A stretch of DNA of 64,000 nucleotides from Bacillales bacterium UBA4951. Its GTDB lineage: Bacteria; Bacillota_I; Bacilli_A; RFN20; CAG-826. This document shows, piece by piece, positions 17,766 to 27,706 of the stretch. A model generated the notes under the pieces. That model did not search any database, was not told the DNA's origin, and was given only the letters and a program-made list of their open reading frames with translations. The stretch lies in contig DHAP01000034.1 in assembly GCA_002397465.1 (NCBI GenBank), positions 1,506-65,505 on the forward strand, written 5' to 3'. How positions within the stretch are numbered: position 1 is the stretch's first letter; each line of letters opens with the position of its first letter. The position numbers were made by a program, and so were the translations under genes.

Positions 17766-18665
17766 TTATGCGGCGAAAGCGACGATTATGATTTCTATCA
17801 CTCCGACGAGGTTATTGGTGATGTGGGCTAGGAAGGAAGCGCCGAAACCAAATTTATCATAGAGCCAGGCAAAGACAAAGCCGGAAATAAGATAATCGGG
17901 GAAGGAGAGCCATTCATTGATGTCGTTGACCCAGACTAGGGCCCCCGAGGAATTGTATTTGAGAAAGTTCATGTGGATGAAGGCGAAGAAGACCGATGCC
18001 ATGATGTAGGCGAAATAGGTGTTGGCCCTTTTGCTTAGCCCGAACAAGCCGACCCGATATGTGAGCTCCTCGCAGAAAGGGCCAAGTATTCCGATGCAAA
18101 GGACCGCCAAGACCGGCGACTCTTTGACGATGAGAATGATGTTCTTCTGGTTTTCGTTGTCGCTCGTGGCTCCCAAAGCGGTGGAGATTTGGCTCCAAAG
18201 AGAACTGATAAGAATCAACACGATGCCACCTAAGATTCCATAGAGGCATTTCTTGTTTTTGAAGTTTGAGAAAAGACGTGGGATGTTTCTGCCGACGATG
18301 GCCATCATCACGATGAAAAGGAGGATGTAGGAACCATAATTGACGATGGATAGATACTGAGACGAGGACTGGAATGTCTTGAGGGCCGAGACCAAATCGT
18401 CGCCCGAAAGGCCATTTGAGGCATAAGAAGAACTGACGATTGAGACGGTGATCAAAGCCAAGATGGTGGCCAAAATCTGAAATCCGCCCCAGCCCATCAA
18501 AAATAGTCCGCCCTCTCTCCAAGGACCCATCGGGGTCATGTTGGCGAAACGGCGAGTGGTTTCGCTATCCATCGACGGAGTGTCACAGCTTGGGCATTTC
18601 CCCAGCGCTGGGTCATAGGCTTTGCCACATTTTGAGCAATATTCTTTATGAAAGGCTGTTTTCAT
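17766..18665 (-). CDS. CPBP (CAAX/Abi) family intramembrane metalloprotease with N-terminal zinc ribbon
   Basis: Zinc ribbon CSKCG...CPSC. CPBP motifs FCEELTYR, FAFIHM and HITNN are present. Confidence 0.75.
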   Translation of the reverse strand: MKTAFHKEYCSKCGKAYDPALGKCPSCDTPSMDSETTRRFANMTPMGPWREGGLFLMGWGGFQILATILALITVSIVSSSYASNGLSGDDLVSALKTFQSSSQYLSIVNYGSYILLFIVMMAIVGRNIPRLFSNFKNKKCLYGILGGIVLILISSLWSQISTALGATSDNENQKNIILIVKESPVLAVLCIGILGPFCEELTYRVGLFGLSKRANTYFAYIMASVFFAFIHMNFLKYNSSGALVWVNDINEWLSFPDYLISGFVFAWLYDKFGFGASFLAHITNNLVGVIEIIIVAFAA

Positions 18666-18706
18666 GAGTTGCTGGGTTCTTTCTTTGAAAGACTTAACTA
18701 TTCTAA

Positions 18707-18736
18707 TTGATATTTGAACCTATTCCACCCCATAAT
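18707..18736 (+). promoter_or_regulatory. Putative promoter of the giant gene
   Basis: TTGATA (18707-18712), an 18-nt spacer, then CATAAT (18731-18736). It lies 18 nt upstream of the ATG. Confidence 0.4.
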
Positions 18737-18753
18737 TTAACAAAGGCAAAACA

Positions 18754-21700
18754 ATGGATGAGATACTCAATTACATGAACATCGCGCTGATAGTGCTTTT
18801 CGTGGCCGTTTGGGTCATCCTTCTTTTATGTTTTTTGCGCGGGCTCGCGCGAGGATGGCGTTATGGCCTCTATCGTTTCGTCTCTTTCGCCGTCATCTTC
18901 ACGGTGGCTTTGACGACTTTGAAGCCTTTGAGCAATGCCTTGGGCAATTGGGACCTTACCTCATTTGGGATCCCAGAGATCAACATCGCCATTCAAAATG
19001 GTGATTCAAGCGTTAACCTCACCGCCAGTTTCGGAACGCCTTATAGCGTTTTGTCGTCCCTTATTGATCAGTTCTTAAGAGCCATGAACGTCAGCATGTC
19101 CCCTGAAGGCATCGCCAATTATGCCGGGGCTTTGGCTCAGTCGATCGTCTTGCTGCTATTGATTCTCATCGAAGGAATCCTCATCGCCACGATCGTCAAT
19201 CTCCTCGTGATGCTCTTCTGGCATCTTATCTGGAAGCACTTGATTCCGAAGAAGACCAGAAAGGCCACTTATAAAAAAGGAAAGATTTGGAGCGCTTTGT
19301 CAGACACCCTCGTAGGGCTCTTGTGCATGGCGATGATAATCTTCCCGCTCACGAGCGTTGTGAACAGTCTCAGCGATTCCTGGAAGAGCGTAAAGGATAG
19401 CGTTGATGGCACATCGATAAAAGCCGATAAGACGACAGCCGACACGATTGATGCGGTGGTCGATACATATGATTCGTCATTGTTCTCCCAGATTTTCTTC
19501 AGTTGGACCAAGAACGATTCGACTGGTGGAAAGACATTCGATTCCTATCTCATCGACTATCTGACCAAGAGCGATTATAACGACACGACGGTAAGTTTCG
19601 TCCAAGAGGTTTCCTCTTTTGCGAAAATAGGAAGCGCCCTCGTCCAAGGCGGCGTCCTCTCCGAAAACGGCATCAATCAGTCATCGATCGCCTATTTCGC
19701 TTGCACATCATATGCCCCTTATATCCTAAAGGCCCTATCCCAAAGCAGCCTTGTGACGGGAATACTTCCATATGCCCTTTCCATCTTGACGAACATGGAT
19801 CAGGTCTCTTCCTACGTGAAGACAAATGCCGGATTTGACTTCACAACCTATAACTATTCAGACTTCATTTCCAAATTCGCTGATTTATATCAAGGTTTGA
19901 TCGATAGCGGAATAACCGGTTCCTTGTTTGACGATGACGGGAACCTCACTTCGACTGAAGGGCTGCTTGAAACCGCCTTTAGCGGCGACACCGTCACTCC
20001 GATGGAAGACTTGCTCAACGCCCTCGACAGCGATGAGCTCAAGCTATTCGACGATCTTGTCTCGACCGCTTTGTACGTTCAGGCGTGCAAAGACACCACT
20101 GACGGGACATCCGCAGACCCGACAAAGTTTGGCATTTCTGATTTCCTCCCGTCGGTCGGCACTGATTATGACGAAGACGGGGATGGGACGCCTGATTCGG
20201 TTCCGACTTCCTTTTCCGACATCGACTGGGGCACCCAAATAGCCACTTTATATGATACGGTCGTTCAATTGTTCTCGATAGACAGCCGTTTCTTCACAGT
20301 TTTGGCTGGCGGCATCGATAGTGGTACCTTCAGCATGGACATCAACGACCTCATCACCATCATCGTCGATAACATCGACAAAGTTGGCGAGATATTCTAT
20401 GGCAAAGATGAAACCTCAAGCGAGACCACGAGCGGATTGAAAAAAGAAGCCTCAACCTCTACCAGCAAATGCCTTTTGGATTCGATGTTCGTCGAGAATG
20501 CCTTGCCAAAAGCTTTGGACTATCTCGCTTCCTCGCTCAACACCTCCTTCTCGCTGAGCGATGAGAACGCGATTGATTTCGCTGACGTCAAGAGCACCTT
20601 GTTCAACGATGACATGGACACGCAAATCTCTTCGGTCAAAACGGAATTCAAATCCCTTTTCACCGTGGTATCGACAATCTGCAAGAGCGATGACGGAAAG
20701 GCCTTCCTCACAAACCTTGAGGAGAAACCTGGCCTATATATGAAGGACAATGTCTTTTATGGGGCCAGCGATGGCTTATTGGACGCATTGGCTGATAGCT
20801 TGGAAAAGCTTGATGATTCTTCCATCGCATCTGCGATCATGCCTAAAGTCTTTAACTCATTCTTGTCAGGCAGCGACTCGATATTCGCCTCAATGAACAT
20901 CAATCTGACCCTTAACTTCGACAACATTAAAGTCGGCGAGGAGCTTTCAAAGATCGTGAAGGCCTTCAAAGGATGCCAAAACATCATCACTTACGTGCAA
21001 ACGCTCGGCGATACGGCATCTTTGACGGGTTCAGCCCTTTCAGACGTCCTCAACACTTTCGCCGCTTATAGCGATGAACTATCGACTTTGCTCAACCTCT
21101 TCGTCACCTCAAAAATCTTCAATCCGACGGCCAGCTCGACCTATTCCACCAACCAGAACCTTTACGAGGTCATCAATTCTTTGCTTGGTTCGTTCATGAG
21201 CGGCGATTATTCGAGCACCCTGCAATCCGTCATTGAGAACACCAACTTCAAAGCTTCCGACGAGATGGACTCTTTGGTCACGATCATCCAAGATCTAGCC
21301 TCGAATTCCATTCTCTCCAAAATCGATGAGTTCAAGAACACCAGCTCGCTTTCGGTCCTTAGCGACATCGACTTTACGACCTTGTTCGCGGACATCAACG
21401 ATTCATCGATCATCAGTTCTGTTTTAGGAAAGGTCCTTGACTCCTTGCTTGAAAACTCCGGGATCTTTGCCGCCGGGGAACTCGGCTCAGAAGGGAATCC
21501 TTCATTTACCAATGTCACAAACTGGGAGGATGAAGGCGCTGGCATTTCAGCCCTTATCAAAGCGGCCGCCACCATCGGCGATTTCAGCAACATCGACTTC
21601 CTGAACAGCGACCCTGATGTCATTACGGACATCATCTCTTCATTGTCGCAGTCCCAGATCTTCACCTCCAAGGATACCGAAGGGAATGAGACTTATGTCT

Positions 21701-24700
21701 TCTCTACTTATATAGGCAATAAGCTCATCTCCTATTTTTCGGGCGATACCATGAGCGACACCGTCAAAGAGTTCTTCTCCGACAAAGGAACCGACTCAAC
21801 CAATTACACCTATGAGACATTAAAAACCGCTTTTGCAAGCGTCAGCAAAGCCGAATGGAAGAACACCGAAGCCGCCAATTTGGGCGACATGATCTATTAC
21901 ATCCAACAGATGGGCGGATTGGATTCCTTCTCCGGCGACCTCAGAAAGCTTTCGGCTGACTCGATTTCCTCTTTATTGGACACCATTTCCTCTTCCAAGC
22001 CTTTCGGTCAGGTCGTCACCTATCATTTCTATTCCACTTTGGTCAACGTCCTCCAGTCTTCTTTGACCGCTTTCTCCTATTCGAACCTTGATTACGTCTA
22101 TAGCGCAACCGCGGCTCAAAGAAGAAGCGAGAACACACAGCTCTCCAAACTGCTTCACGTGGTCCTTGACCCGAACGGGGTCGATAGCAGTGGCGCTTAC
22201 ACCTACGCCTTGCTCGATTCGAATGGCAATGTCTCCTCGTCCATTTCCATCGACAACGCCGATCCGGACTATGTCGTGACCCCGTTACTGGAGTCCTTGG
22301 CCGACTCTTGCGTCTTCAACACCCTTAAAGTCAAGACCACGACTCCGACCGTCACTTATGAGAGCCAGACGGCTTTTGAGGCCGAGGTCAGCGATCTTTT
22401 GATTTCCTCAGGTTTATATGGCGATTCGGCCGATGAAAGCGTCAAATCAAACGTCCGTTCGATCGTCAGCGCCGTCGCTCCTGACGATACGAGCACCAAT
22501 GATGACGAGAATTCGAGCGATACAGGCCGCTTTGGGAAGTGGAATTCTGAAATCTCCAACTTGGCCACGGTTTTGGGCGACGTTCAAAACATGGGGTTGG
22601 ATTTCTCCTCCTTCTCCCTCACCAGCCTCTTCAGCGTCGGAAGCGCCAACAACGAGGCCAACCGTCAGAACATCGAAGGACTTTTGATCGACATCAATGC
22701 TTCCAAGTTACTCTACAAAGCCGTTCCGCTACAGATCAAGAACTCCATCAGTTCCGTCAGCGGATCCGGCAGCGGGCTCAACCTCACCGGCGTCAATTAC
22801 GATTATTTGAATGGGCAGCCTTATGGCGATGACGAATGCAAGACCCTCTCCTACGTAATAATGGATGGCACCTTGCTTCAAGGCGTCGACATGTCGAGCG
22901 TCGCAAGCCTCACTGATTCCGAGATTGACATCTTCTCGCAGCTGCTTACCAAAATGTCCTCGAGCCGCGTCTTCAACACCCTGGCCCTCAAGGATGACGG
23001 AATAACCTATTATTCCGAGACCGCCTTCGAAAGCCAAATCAGCGAATTCCTTATCTCGTCGGAATTATATGGCGACAAGACCAGCGAAACGGTCAAGAGC
23101 AAAGTCCGTTCGATCGTCGATGCGGTGGCGCCTGATGATGGCACTATCACCACGGACGATGCCGCGAGATTCAAGATCTGGGCCGGCGGAGACGGAGCGA
23201 CCGGAGAGGTCGACAATATCGTGAATGTTTTAAGAGATATCAAGAGCCTTAATCTTGATATGTCTTCCTTCTCATTTACCTCGATGTTCAGTGGGGTCGA
23301 TGATGCTACCGCCAACACGAACCGCGAGAACGTCGCCAGTTTGTTGAAAGACATCAATGCCTCCAAAGTCCTTTATAAAGCCGTTCCTGTCCAAATCAAG
23401 AACTCCCTTGACTCAGTAACGGGTTCTGGCAGCGGACTTAATCTCACTGGCATCAACTATGACTACCGTAATGGACTACCATACGAGGACAGCGAATGCG
23501 ACACCCTTTCCTATGTCATCATGGATGGCTGCCGACTCCAGAACGTCAACACGTCAAGCGTTTCGAGCCTCACCGATTCGGAAATTGATATTTTCTCCGA
23601 GATGCTTACGAAGATGTCTTCTAGCCGTATTTTCAACACTCTGGCTCTCAAAGACGACGGAATAACATATTATTCCGAGACCGCCTTCGAAAGTCAGATC
23701 AGCGAGTTCTTGATCTATTCTGAGCTCTACGGCAGCAAACTTGACACATCTGTCACTTCAAACGTCCGCTCGATAGTCGATGCGGTGGCACCGGATGATT
23801 CAAGCGTAACCACGGACGATGCCGCTAGATTCAAGATCTGGGCCGGAGGCGATGGCACCACGGGCGAAGTCGAGAACATCGTCAACGTCCTGCGTGACAT
23901 CAAGAGCATGAATCTGGACATCTCCTCATTCTCCTTCACTTCGATGTTTGCCGGCGTCGATGCGGCAACCGCCAACACGAACCGCGAGAACGTCGAGAAC
24001 CTTCTCGTGCACATCAATACCTCAAAAGTTCTTTATAAAGCCATACCGGTTCAAATGAAGGGCGCGGTCGAAGCGACCAACGTCGGAACCTCGGGCTTCA
24101 CTCTCAGCGGAGCCAATTACGATTACAAGAACGGCCAACCTTATGGCGACGACGAATGCAATACGCTTTCTTACATCCTCATGGATTCGGCTTCGATAAG
24201 CTCAATCAACGCCAGCGACATCGCGAGCTTGAGCGACTCATCGATCTCCACCTTGACGGATCTACTCTCCTACATGGCCAAGAGCCATATCTTCAACTCG
24301 ACCTCTTCTGGCAGCGGATCGACTGTCTTCCAAAGCAATTTGGCCACAATCTTGACCACTGACACCTTAGGCGATATCTATTATTCGTCGATCAGCCCTA
24401 AGGATACCTATTTCACGAACCTTAATTCCGCGAGTGGGACCTCTGGCCTCTATTATTCCGACAAGAGCTCCAAATCGGCTTACTATTCTTCTTATTACTT
24501 CCCATCGATCGGAGTCAATTCCAGCGCTTCGAGCTATGACGTCTCACTCATCAATGGCGACAACGGCTCAATCAAGAGCGTCCTCACTTTGCTTCGCGAT
24601 AATTCAACCGCTCTTTCTTCTTTCAGCAGCGGTGGAACCTCCTCGATCAATGAGACGACTCTCGTCAGCGTCCTTGAAGGTCTCAACGATTGCGAGCTCT

Positions 24701-27084
24701 TCACCGACTGCGTCCCGAACCTGATCGGCAAATTCACCTCTTCTTCGGACATTAGCTTCGGCAGCGTCAACTTCTCGAGATCCAACGCCTTCTATTGCTA
24801 CTGGTTCAAAGGCGGCAGCATGCTTCTCCCAGCCTCACAGACCGACGCCAACGCGACCTACAACATCTCTTACACCGGAAATGATGGCAAGTACAGCAAC
24901 GATGAAATCGAGCTCCTTTCCTCAATCATCAAATCCCTCAACAGCAACCAGACGCTTCTTGGCTCGCTCTCTTCAAGCGGCATCGCCAATACCACCGAAG
25001 GGGCGACACAGCTGACGTCATTAAGGTCTCTCTTCACCTCGTTATCGGAATCTTACGTCTTCAATTTGGCCGGAGCCTACCAAGGCAATTCGTCCACGAA
25101 TTCCGCGCTTGGCGTTCCTGACGATCTCACTTTGTTCGAACAGACGATGTTCACCACCTATCATGATTCCGAGCTTTCTTCGAGAGCCTACAATTCCAAT
25201 TACGATTCGCAGTCGTCCAGCGATGCAAAGCTTTACTATTACATCAAAGGATTCAGCGATTCATCGATAGTTTTGTCCACCTCCCATGAAGGCGACTGGC
25301 TCACTGAAATCAACAATTTGGTCTGTGATGAGACCTGTTCAAGCAACAAAGGGCTCCTCAACATCCTCCGTGAGAATGACTTGCTCTCCGGTGGCTTGAA
25401 CCTTTCTTCCAGCAGCATGAACGTCTCGACTTTTGGGACCTCCTTGCTTAACAGCTTCATGAGCTCACTCAACTCGATCGACGTCGTCAATGACGCCGTC
25501 CCGTACACGATGTCGAGCTTCATCGAGGAGACCTTAGGTTTCCGTACCTACAGCGAATATACCTCATCGGTCACCGCGATAGGCGCCACGAGTTTTGATT
25601 CCTCATCAATCGGAACCGGCGGCGGAAGATACGACAAACTTGTCGTCACGTTGGCAAGAGCCTTGAATAGCGGTGAGAGCCTCACTCTAAATTACTCGCT
25701 CAATGGCACCGGTCACACCGAATTTGCCTACACTGGCTCAAGCGGAGAGAACTATACCTTTGATTTCGTGGGCTCCTCGTTGGCCCCGGTCTCCTTCACT
25801 CTCACTTCGAGCGTCAGCATCTCAAGCCTCAAATATTCGATAGACACCGCCGACTATTATGATCTGAGCCAAGCGCAGTTAGCCGATACGACGGATGCCC
25901 TCGGCAATGTCACGAATAGCGGATTCATCACCAAGATGACCGAGCTGGCCGCCTGCCTTACCAAAGACAGCGTCTATGGCAGTGGCGACAGCGGCTATAT
26001 CGACTTCACGAGCCCGACCGACGTCGGCGCTTTCATGACGGGCAGCAACTCCTTGGCTCCGCTTCTCAACTTCCTCAATTTCAGCGATGGCGCCTATCTC
26101 GTCAACACCTACACCTTGAATGGTGAAGAGCTTAATGCGGGGACGGCCTCGAGCAATGACTTTACTTCGAGGGACGTCGCCTTCACCAACCTCTTGACCT
26201 TCGACTACACGGCCGCCGGTTCGACTACCACGGTGTCTTTGTCCAAATATCTTGCCAAGGCCACGATCGCCGCTGATTATGAACTTAGCTATTCCTCTGC
26301 CGCCGAGTATAAAGGATCGAAGGCCATCTTTGATGACGCCAGTTATTCAAGCGACTCCGAAGCCACCTGGATCACGAGCGGCATCACGAAAGTCGCGGCC
26401 GTCGAAGCCGGATATCTCAGCAGCGCCAACAGCACCAATTTCCAGTACACCTACAGCGGGACGACTGTCTCCTTGAAGAAGATCCATTGCGAGCTCTCGG
26501 TCTTCTCTTCTTCGACTGACACGATCAACACCTTCGCCTCGCTTGGAAGCAACTTGACGACTCATCCGTCTCTCCTCGGTAACCGTTTGGTCGCCGGCGT
26601 CTATGACCGTCTCATCTACAGCATGATGAACTACATCCAGAGCGGGTCTTATCAGAACGAACTGGTGGCCGTCGCCACGTCTTCAGCCTCAACCAACCGT
26701 TCTAGCTACAGCGCCTACTCGACTTACCTCTCGACTTATAAGTCCTTCTACGACGAATCGAGCAACATCGTGAGCTTTGCAAGCGAGATTCCGTCCTTGC
26801 TCAACGTCGTGAACAAGATGGGATTCGTGGCCAAGTTCGGCGGCAGCTATGACGCCTCCGCGGCCAAGACCGCTTTCCAGGGCTTATCGAATGATTCTTC
26901 ATATGCGAGGCTCTTCTATCTCGGTGCCTACTATGATTACTTCATCAACTACAGCTACTACCATGGCGACGTCGTCAGCTATGGAATCGTGGTGTCGCCA
27001 GAGGTCGATTATCCGAACTCATTCAATCTCACGAGCTTCCCAGCCACCAATACATTTGCCAACGCTTATGCCACGATCGCTTGA
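18754..27084 (+). CDS. Giant (2,776 aa) N-terminally membrane-anchored, Ser/Thr/Asn/Asp-rich modular repeat protein, function unknown
   Basis: Uninterrupted 8,331-nt ORF. There are four to five N-terminal TM helices followed by ~2,550 aa of degenerate modules. No enzyme, LPXTG or lipobox motif was found. Confidence 0.85.
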   Translation: MDEILNYMNIALIVLFVAVWVILLLCFLRGLARGWRYGLYRFVSFAVIFTVALTTLKPLSNALGNWDLTSFGIPEINIAIQNGDSSVNLTASFGTPYSVLSSLIDQFLRAMNVSMSPEGIANYAGALAQSIVLLLLILIEGILIATIVNLLVMLFWHLIWKHLIPKKTRKATYKKGKIWSALSDTLVGLLCMAMIIFPLTSVVNSLSDSWKSVKDSVDGTSIKADKTTADTIDAVVDTYDSSLFSQIFFSWTKNDSTGGKTFDSYLIDYLTKSDYNDTTVSFVQEVSSFAKIGSALVQGGVLSENGINQSSIAYFACTSYAPYILKALSQSSLVTGILPYALSILTNMDQVSSYVKTNAGFDFTTYNYSDFISKFADLYQGLIDSGITGSLFDDDGNLTSTEGLLETAFSGDTVTPMEDLLNALDSDELKLFDDLVSTALYVQACKDTTDGTSADPTKFGISDFLPSVGTDYDEDGDGTPDSVPTSFSDIDWGTQIATLYDTVVQLFSIDSRFFTVLAGGIDSGTFSMDINDLITIIVDNIDKVGEIFYGKDETSSETTSGLKKEASTSTSKCLLDSMFVENALPKALDYLASSLNTSFSLSDENAIDFADVKSTLFNDDMDTQISSVKTEFKSLFTVVSTICKSDDGKAFLTNLEEKPGLYMKDNVFYGASDGLLDALADSLEKLDDSSIASAIMPKVFNSFLSGSDSIFASMNINLTLNFDNIKVGEELSKIVKAFKGCQNIITYVQTLGDTASLTGSALSDVLNTFAAYSDELSTLLNLFVTSKIFNPTASSTYSTNQNLYEVINSLLGSFMSGDYSSTLQSVIENTNFKASDEMDSLVTIIQDLASNSILSKIDEFKNTSSLSVLSDIDFTTLFADINDSSIISSVLGKVLDSLLENSGIFAAGELGSEGNPSFTNVTNWEDEGAGISALIKAAATIGDFSNIDFLNSDPDVITDIISSLSQSQIFTSKDTEGNETYVFSTYIGNKLISYFSGDTMSDTVKEFFSDKGTDSTNYTYETLKTAFASVSKAEWKNTEAANLGDMIYYIQQMGGLDSFSGDLRKLSADSISSLLDTISSSKPFGQVVTYHFYSTLVNVLQSSLTAFSYSNLDYVYSATAAQRRSENTQLSKLLHVVLDPNGVDSSGAYTYALLDSNGNVSSSISIDNADPDYVVTPLLESLADSCVFNTLKVKTTTPTVTYESQTAFEAEVSDLLISSGLYGDSADESVKSNVRSIVSAVAPDDTSTNDDENSSDTGRFGKWNSEISNLATVLGDVQNMGLDFSSFSLTSLFSVGSANNEANRQNIEGLLIDINASKLLYKAVPLQIKNSISSVSGSGSGLNLTGVNYDYLNGQPYGDDECKTLSYVIMDGTLLQGVDMSSVASLTDSEIDIFSQLLTKMSSSRVFNTLALKDDGITYYSETAFESQISEFLISSELYGDKTSETVKSKVRSIVDAVAPDDGTITTDDAARFKIWAGGDGATGEVDNIVNVLRDIKSLNLDMSSFSFTSMFSGVDDATANTNRENVASLLKDINASKVLYKAVPVQIKNSLDSVTGSGSGLNLTGINYDYRNGLPYEDSECDTLSYVIMDGCRLQNVNTSSVSSLTDSEIDIFSEMLTKMSSSRIFNTLALKDDGITYYSETAFESQISEFLIYSELYGSKLDTSVTSNVRSIVDAVAPDDSSVTTDDAARFKIWAGGDGTTGEVENIVNVLRDIKSMNLDISSFSFTSMFAGVDAATANTNRENVENLLVHINTSKVLYKAIPVQMKGAVEATNVGTSGFTLSGANYDYKNGQPYGDDECNTLSYILMDSASISSINASDIASLSDSSISTLTDLLSYMAKSHIFNSTSSGSGSTVFQSNLATILTTDTLGDIYYSSISPKDTYFTNLNSASGTSGLYYSDKSSKSAYYSSYYFPSIGVNSSASSYDVSLINGDNGSIKSVLTLLRDNSTALSSFSSGGTSSINETTLVSVLEGLNDCELFTDCVPNLIGKFTSSSDISFGSVNFSRSNAFYCYWFKGGSMLLPASQTDANATYNISYTGNDGKYSNDEIELLSSIIKSLNSNQTLLGSLSSSGIANTTEGATQLTSLRSLFTSLSESYVFNLAGAYQGNSSTNSALGVPDDLTLFEQTMFTTYHDSELSSRAYNSNYDSQSSSDAKLYYYIKGFSDSSIVLSTSHEGDWLTEINNLVCDETCSSNKGLLNILRENDLLSGGLNLSSSSMNVSTFGTSLLNSFMSSLNSIDVVNDAVPYTMSSFIEETLGFRTYSEYTSSVTAIGATSFDSSSIGTGGGRYDKLVVTLARALNSGESLTLNYSLNGTGHTEFAYTGSSGENYTFDFVGSSLAPVSFTLTSSVSISSLKYSIDTADYYDLSQAQLADTTDALGNVTNSGFITKMTELAACLTKDSVYGSGDSGYIDFTSPTDVGAFMTGSNSLAPLLNFLNFSDGAYLVNTYTLNGEELNAGTASSNDFTSRDVAFTNLLTFDYTAAGSTTTVSLSKYLAKATIAADYELSYSSAAEYKGSKAIFDDASYSSDSEATWITSGITKVAAVEAGYLSSANSTNFQYTYSGTTVSLKKIHCELSVFSSSTDTINTFASLGSNLTTHPSLLGNRLVAGVYDRLIYSMMNYIQSGSYQNELVAVATSSASTNRSSYSAYSTYLSTYKSFYDESSNIVSFASEIPSLLNVVNKMGFVAKFGGSYDASAAKTAFQGLSNDSSYARLFYLGAYYDYFINYSYYHGDVVSYGIVVSPEVDYPNSFNLTSFPATNTFANAYATIA
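22312..24290 (+). repeat. Three in-frame tandem repeats of ~660 bp (~220 aa) inside the giant gene
   Basis: The unit-start motif (V/I)FN(T/S) occurs at 22312, 22969, 23629 and 24289, giving periods of 657, 660 and 660 nt. Units 2 and 3 share long near-identical nucleotide runs. Unit 1 is more diverged. Confidence 0.9.
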
Positions 27085-27706
27085 CGGGACAAAGTTTTGT
27101 CCCTTGGGCAAAAGCGTTCTTAACTATGAGATTCTCGGATCGCGTTTCATCGCCATTTTAGGTTTCTTCGATGATGAGTCGTCTTTTTCTAGCATCCTTT
27201 CTTCAATAAAAGAGGAATACCCCAAGGCCACTCATTATTGCTATGCCTGCAAAGTGGGGGTCAACGAGAGGATGAGCGATGATGGCGAACCCTCTAGAAG
27301 CGTGGGCCTTCCTTTGCTTAATCTCCTTCATAACGAGAACCTCGATGATGCCTATTTGGTGGTCGTGAGGTATTTCGGCGGGACCAAACTTGGACTTCCA
27401 CGTCTAAAAAGAACCTATGCGAATCTTGCCAAAGACGCCATCTTCAAAGCGGAGTTGGCCGAGATGGAAGAAGGGGAGGAACTTCTTCTTTCTCTTTCGT
27501 ATCATGATTTTGAAGCCTACAAAAAAGGCTGGGACAAAGATGGAACCGAGTACGAAATCAAAGAATTTGGGGAAAAGGTAAGCCTCCTTTACCGCGGAGA
27601 TGCTAAGATAGCAGATGAGTTCAAAAAGCACCTCTTAGAAGGGGCTGTGCTTGATGAAAAGAAAGTCATTATCAAAAGGAGAATAAACAATGATTCCTGC
27701 AAATGA
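27068..27706 (+). CDS. yigZ: IMPACT / YigZ (UPF0029) family protein
   Basis: Motifs GSRFIAIL, MSDDGEPSRSVGLPLL and LVVVRYFGGTKLGLPRLKRTY. ATG at 27068 overlaps the giant ORF by 17 nt and gives a family-typical N-terminus. The ORF-track start at 26849 is rejected. Confidence 0.7.
   Translation: MPRSLDGTKFCPLGKSVLNYEILGSRFIAILGFFDDESSFSSILSSIKEEYPKATHYCYACKVGVNERMSDDGEPSRSVGLPLLNLLHNENLDDAYLVVVRYFGGTKLGLPRLKRTYANLAKDAIFKAELAEMEEGEELLLSLSYHDFEAYKKGWDKDGTEYEIKEFGEKVSLLYRGDAKIADEFKKHLLEGAVLDEKKVIIKRRINNDSCK

Noticed and set aside
17766-18753. Divergent CPBP protease and giant gene as a bacteriocin/immunity-type pair
   Set aside because: Only the shared 88-bp intergenic region links them. The giant protein has no leader-peptide or toxin features, so the association is too speculative to report as a system.
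26849-27067. N-terminal extension of the yigZ ORF (track start 26849) overlapping the giant gene by 236 nt
   Set aside because: The extension is Ser/Thr/Met-rich out-of-frame read-through of the giant gene. Family-typical YigZ sequence begins near GSRFIA. ATG at 27068 gives a normal-length N-terminus. TTG at 27104 was also considered, but it gives an N-terminus shorter than homologues.
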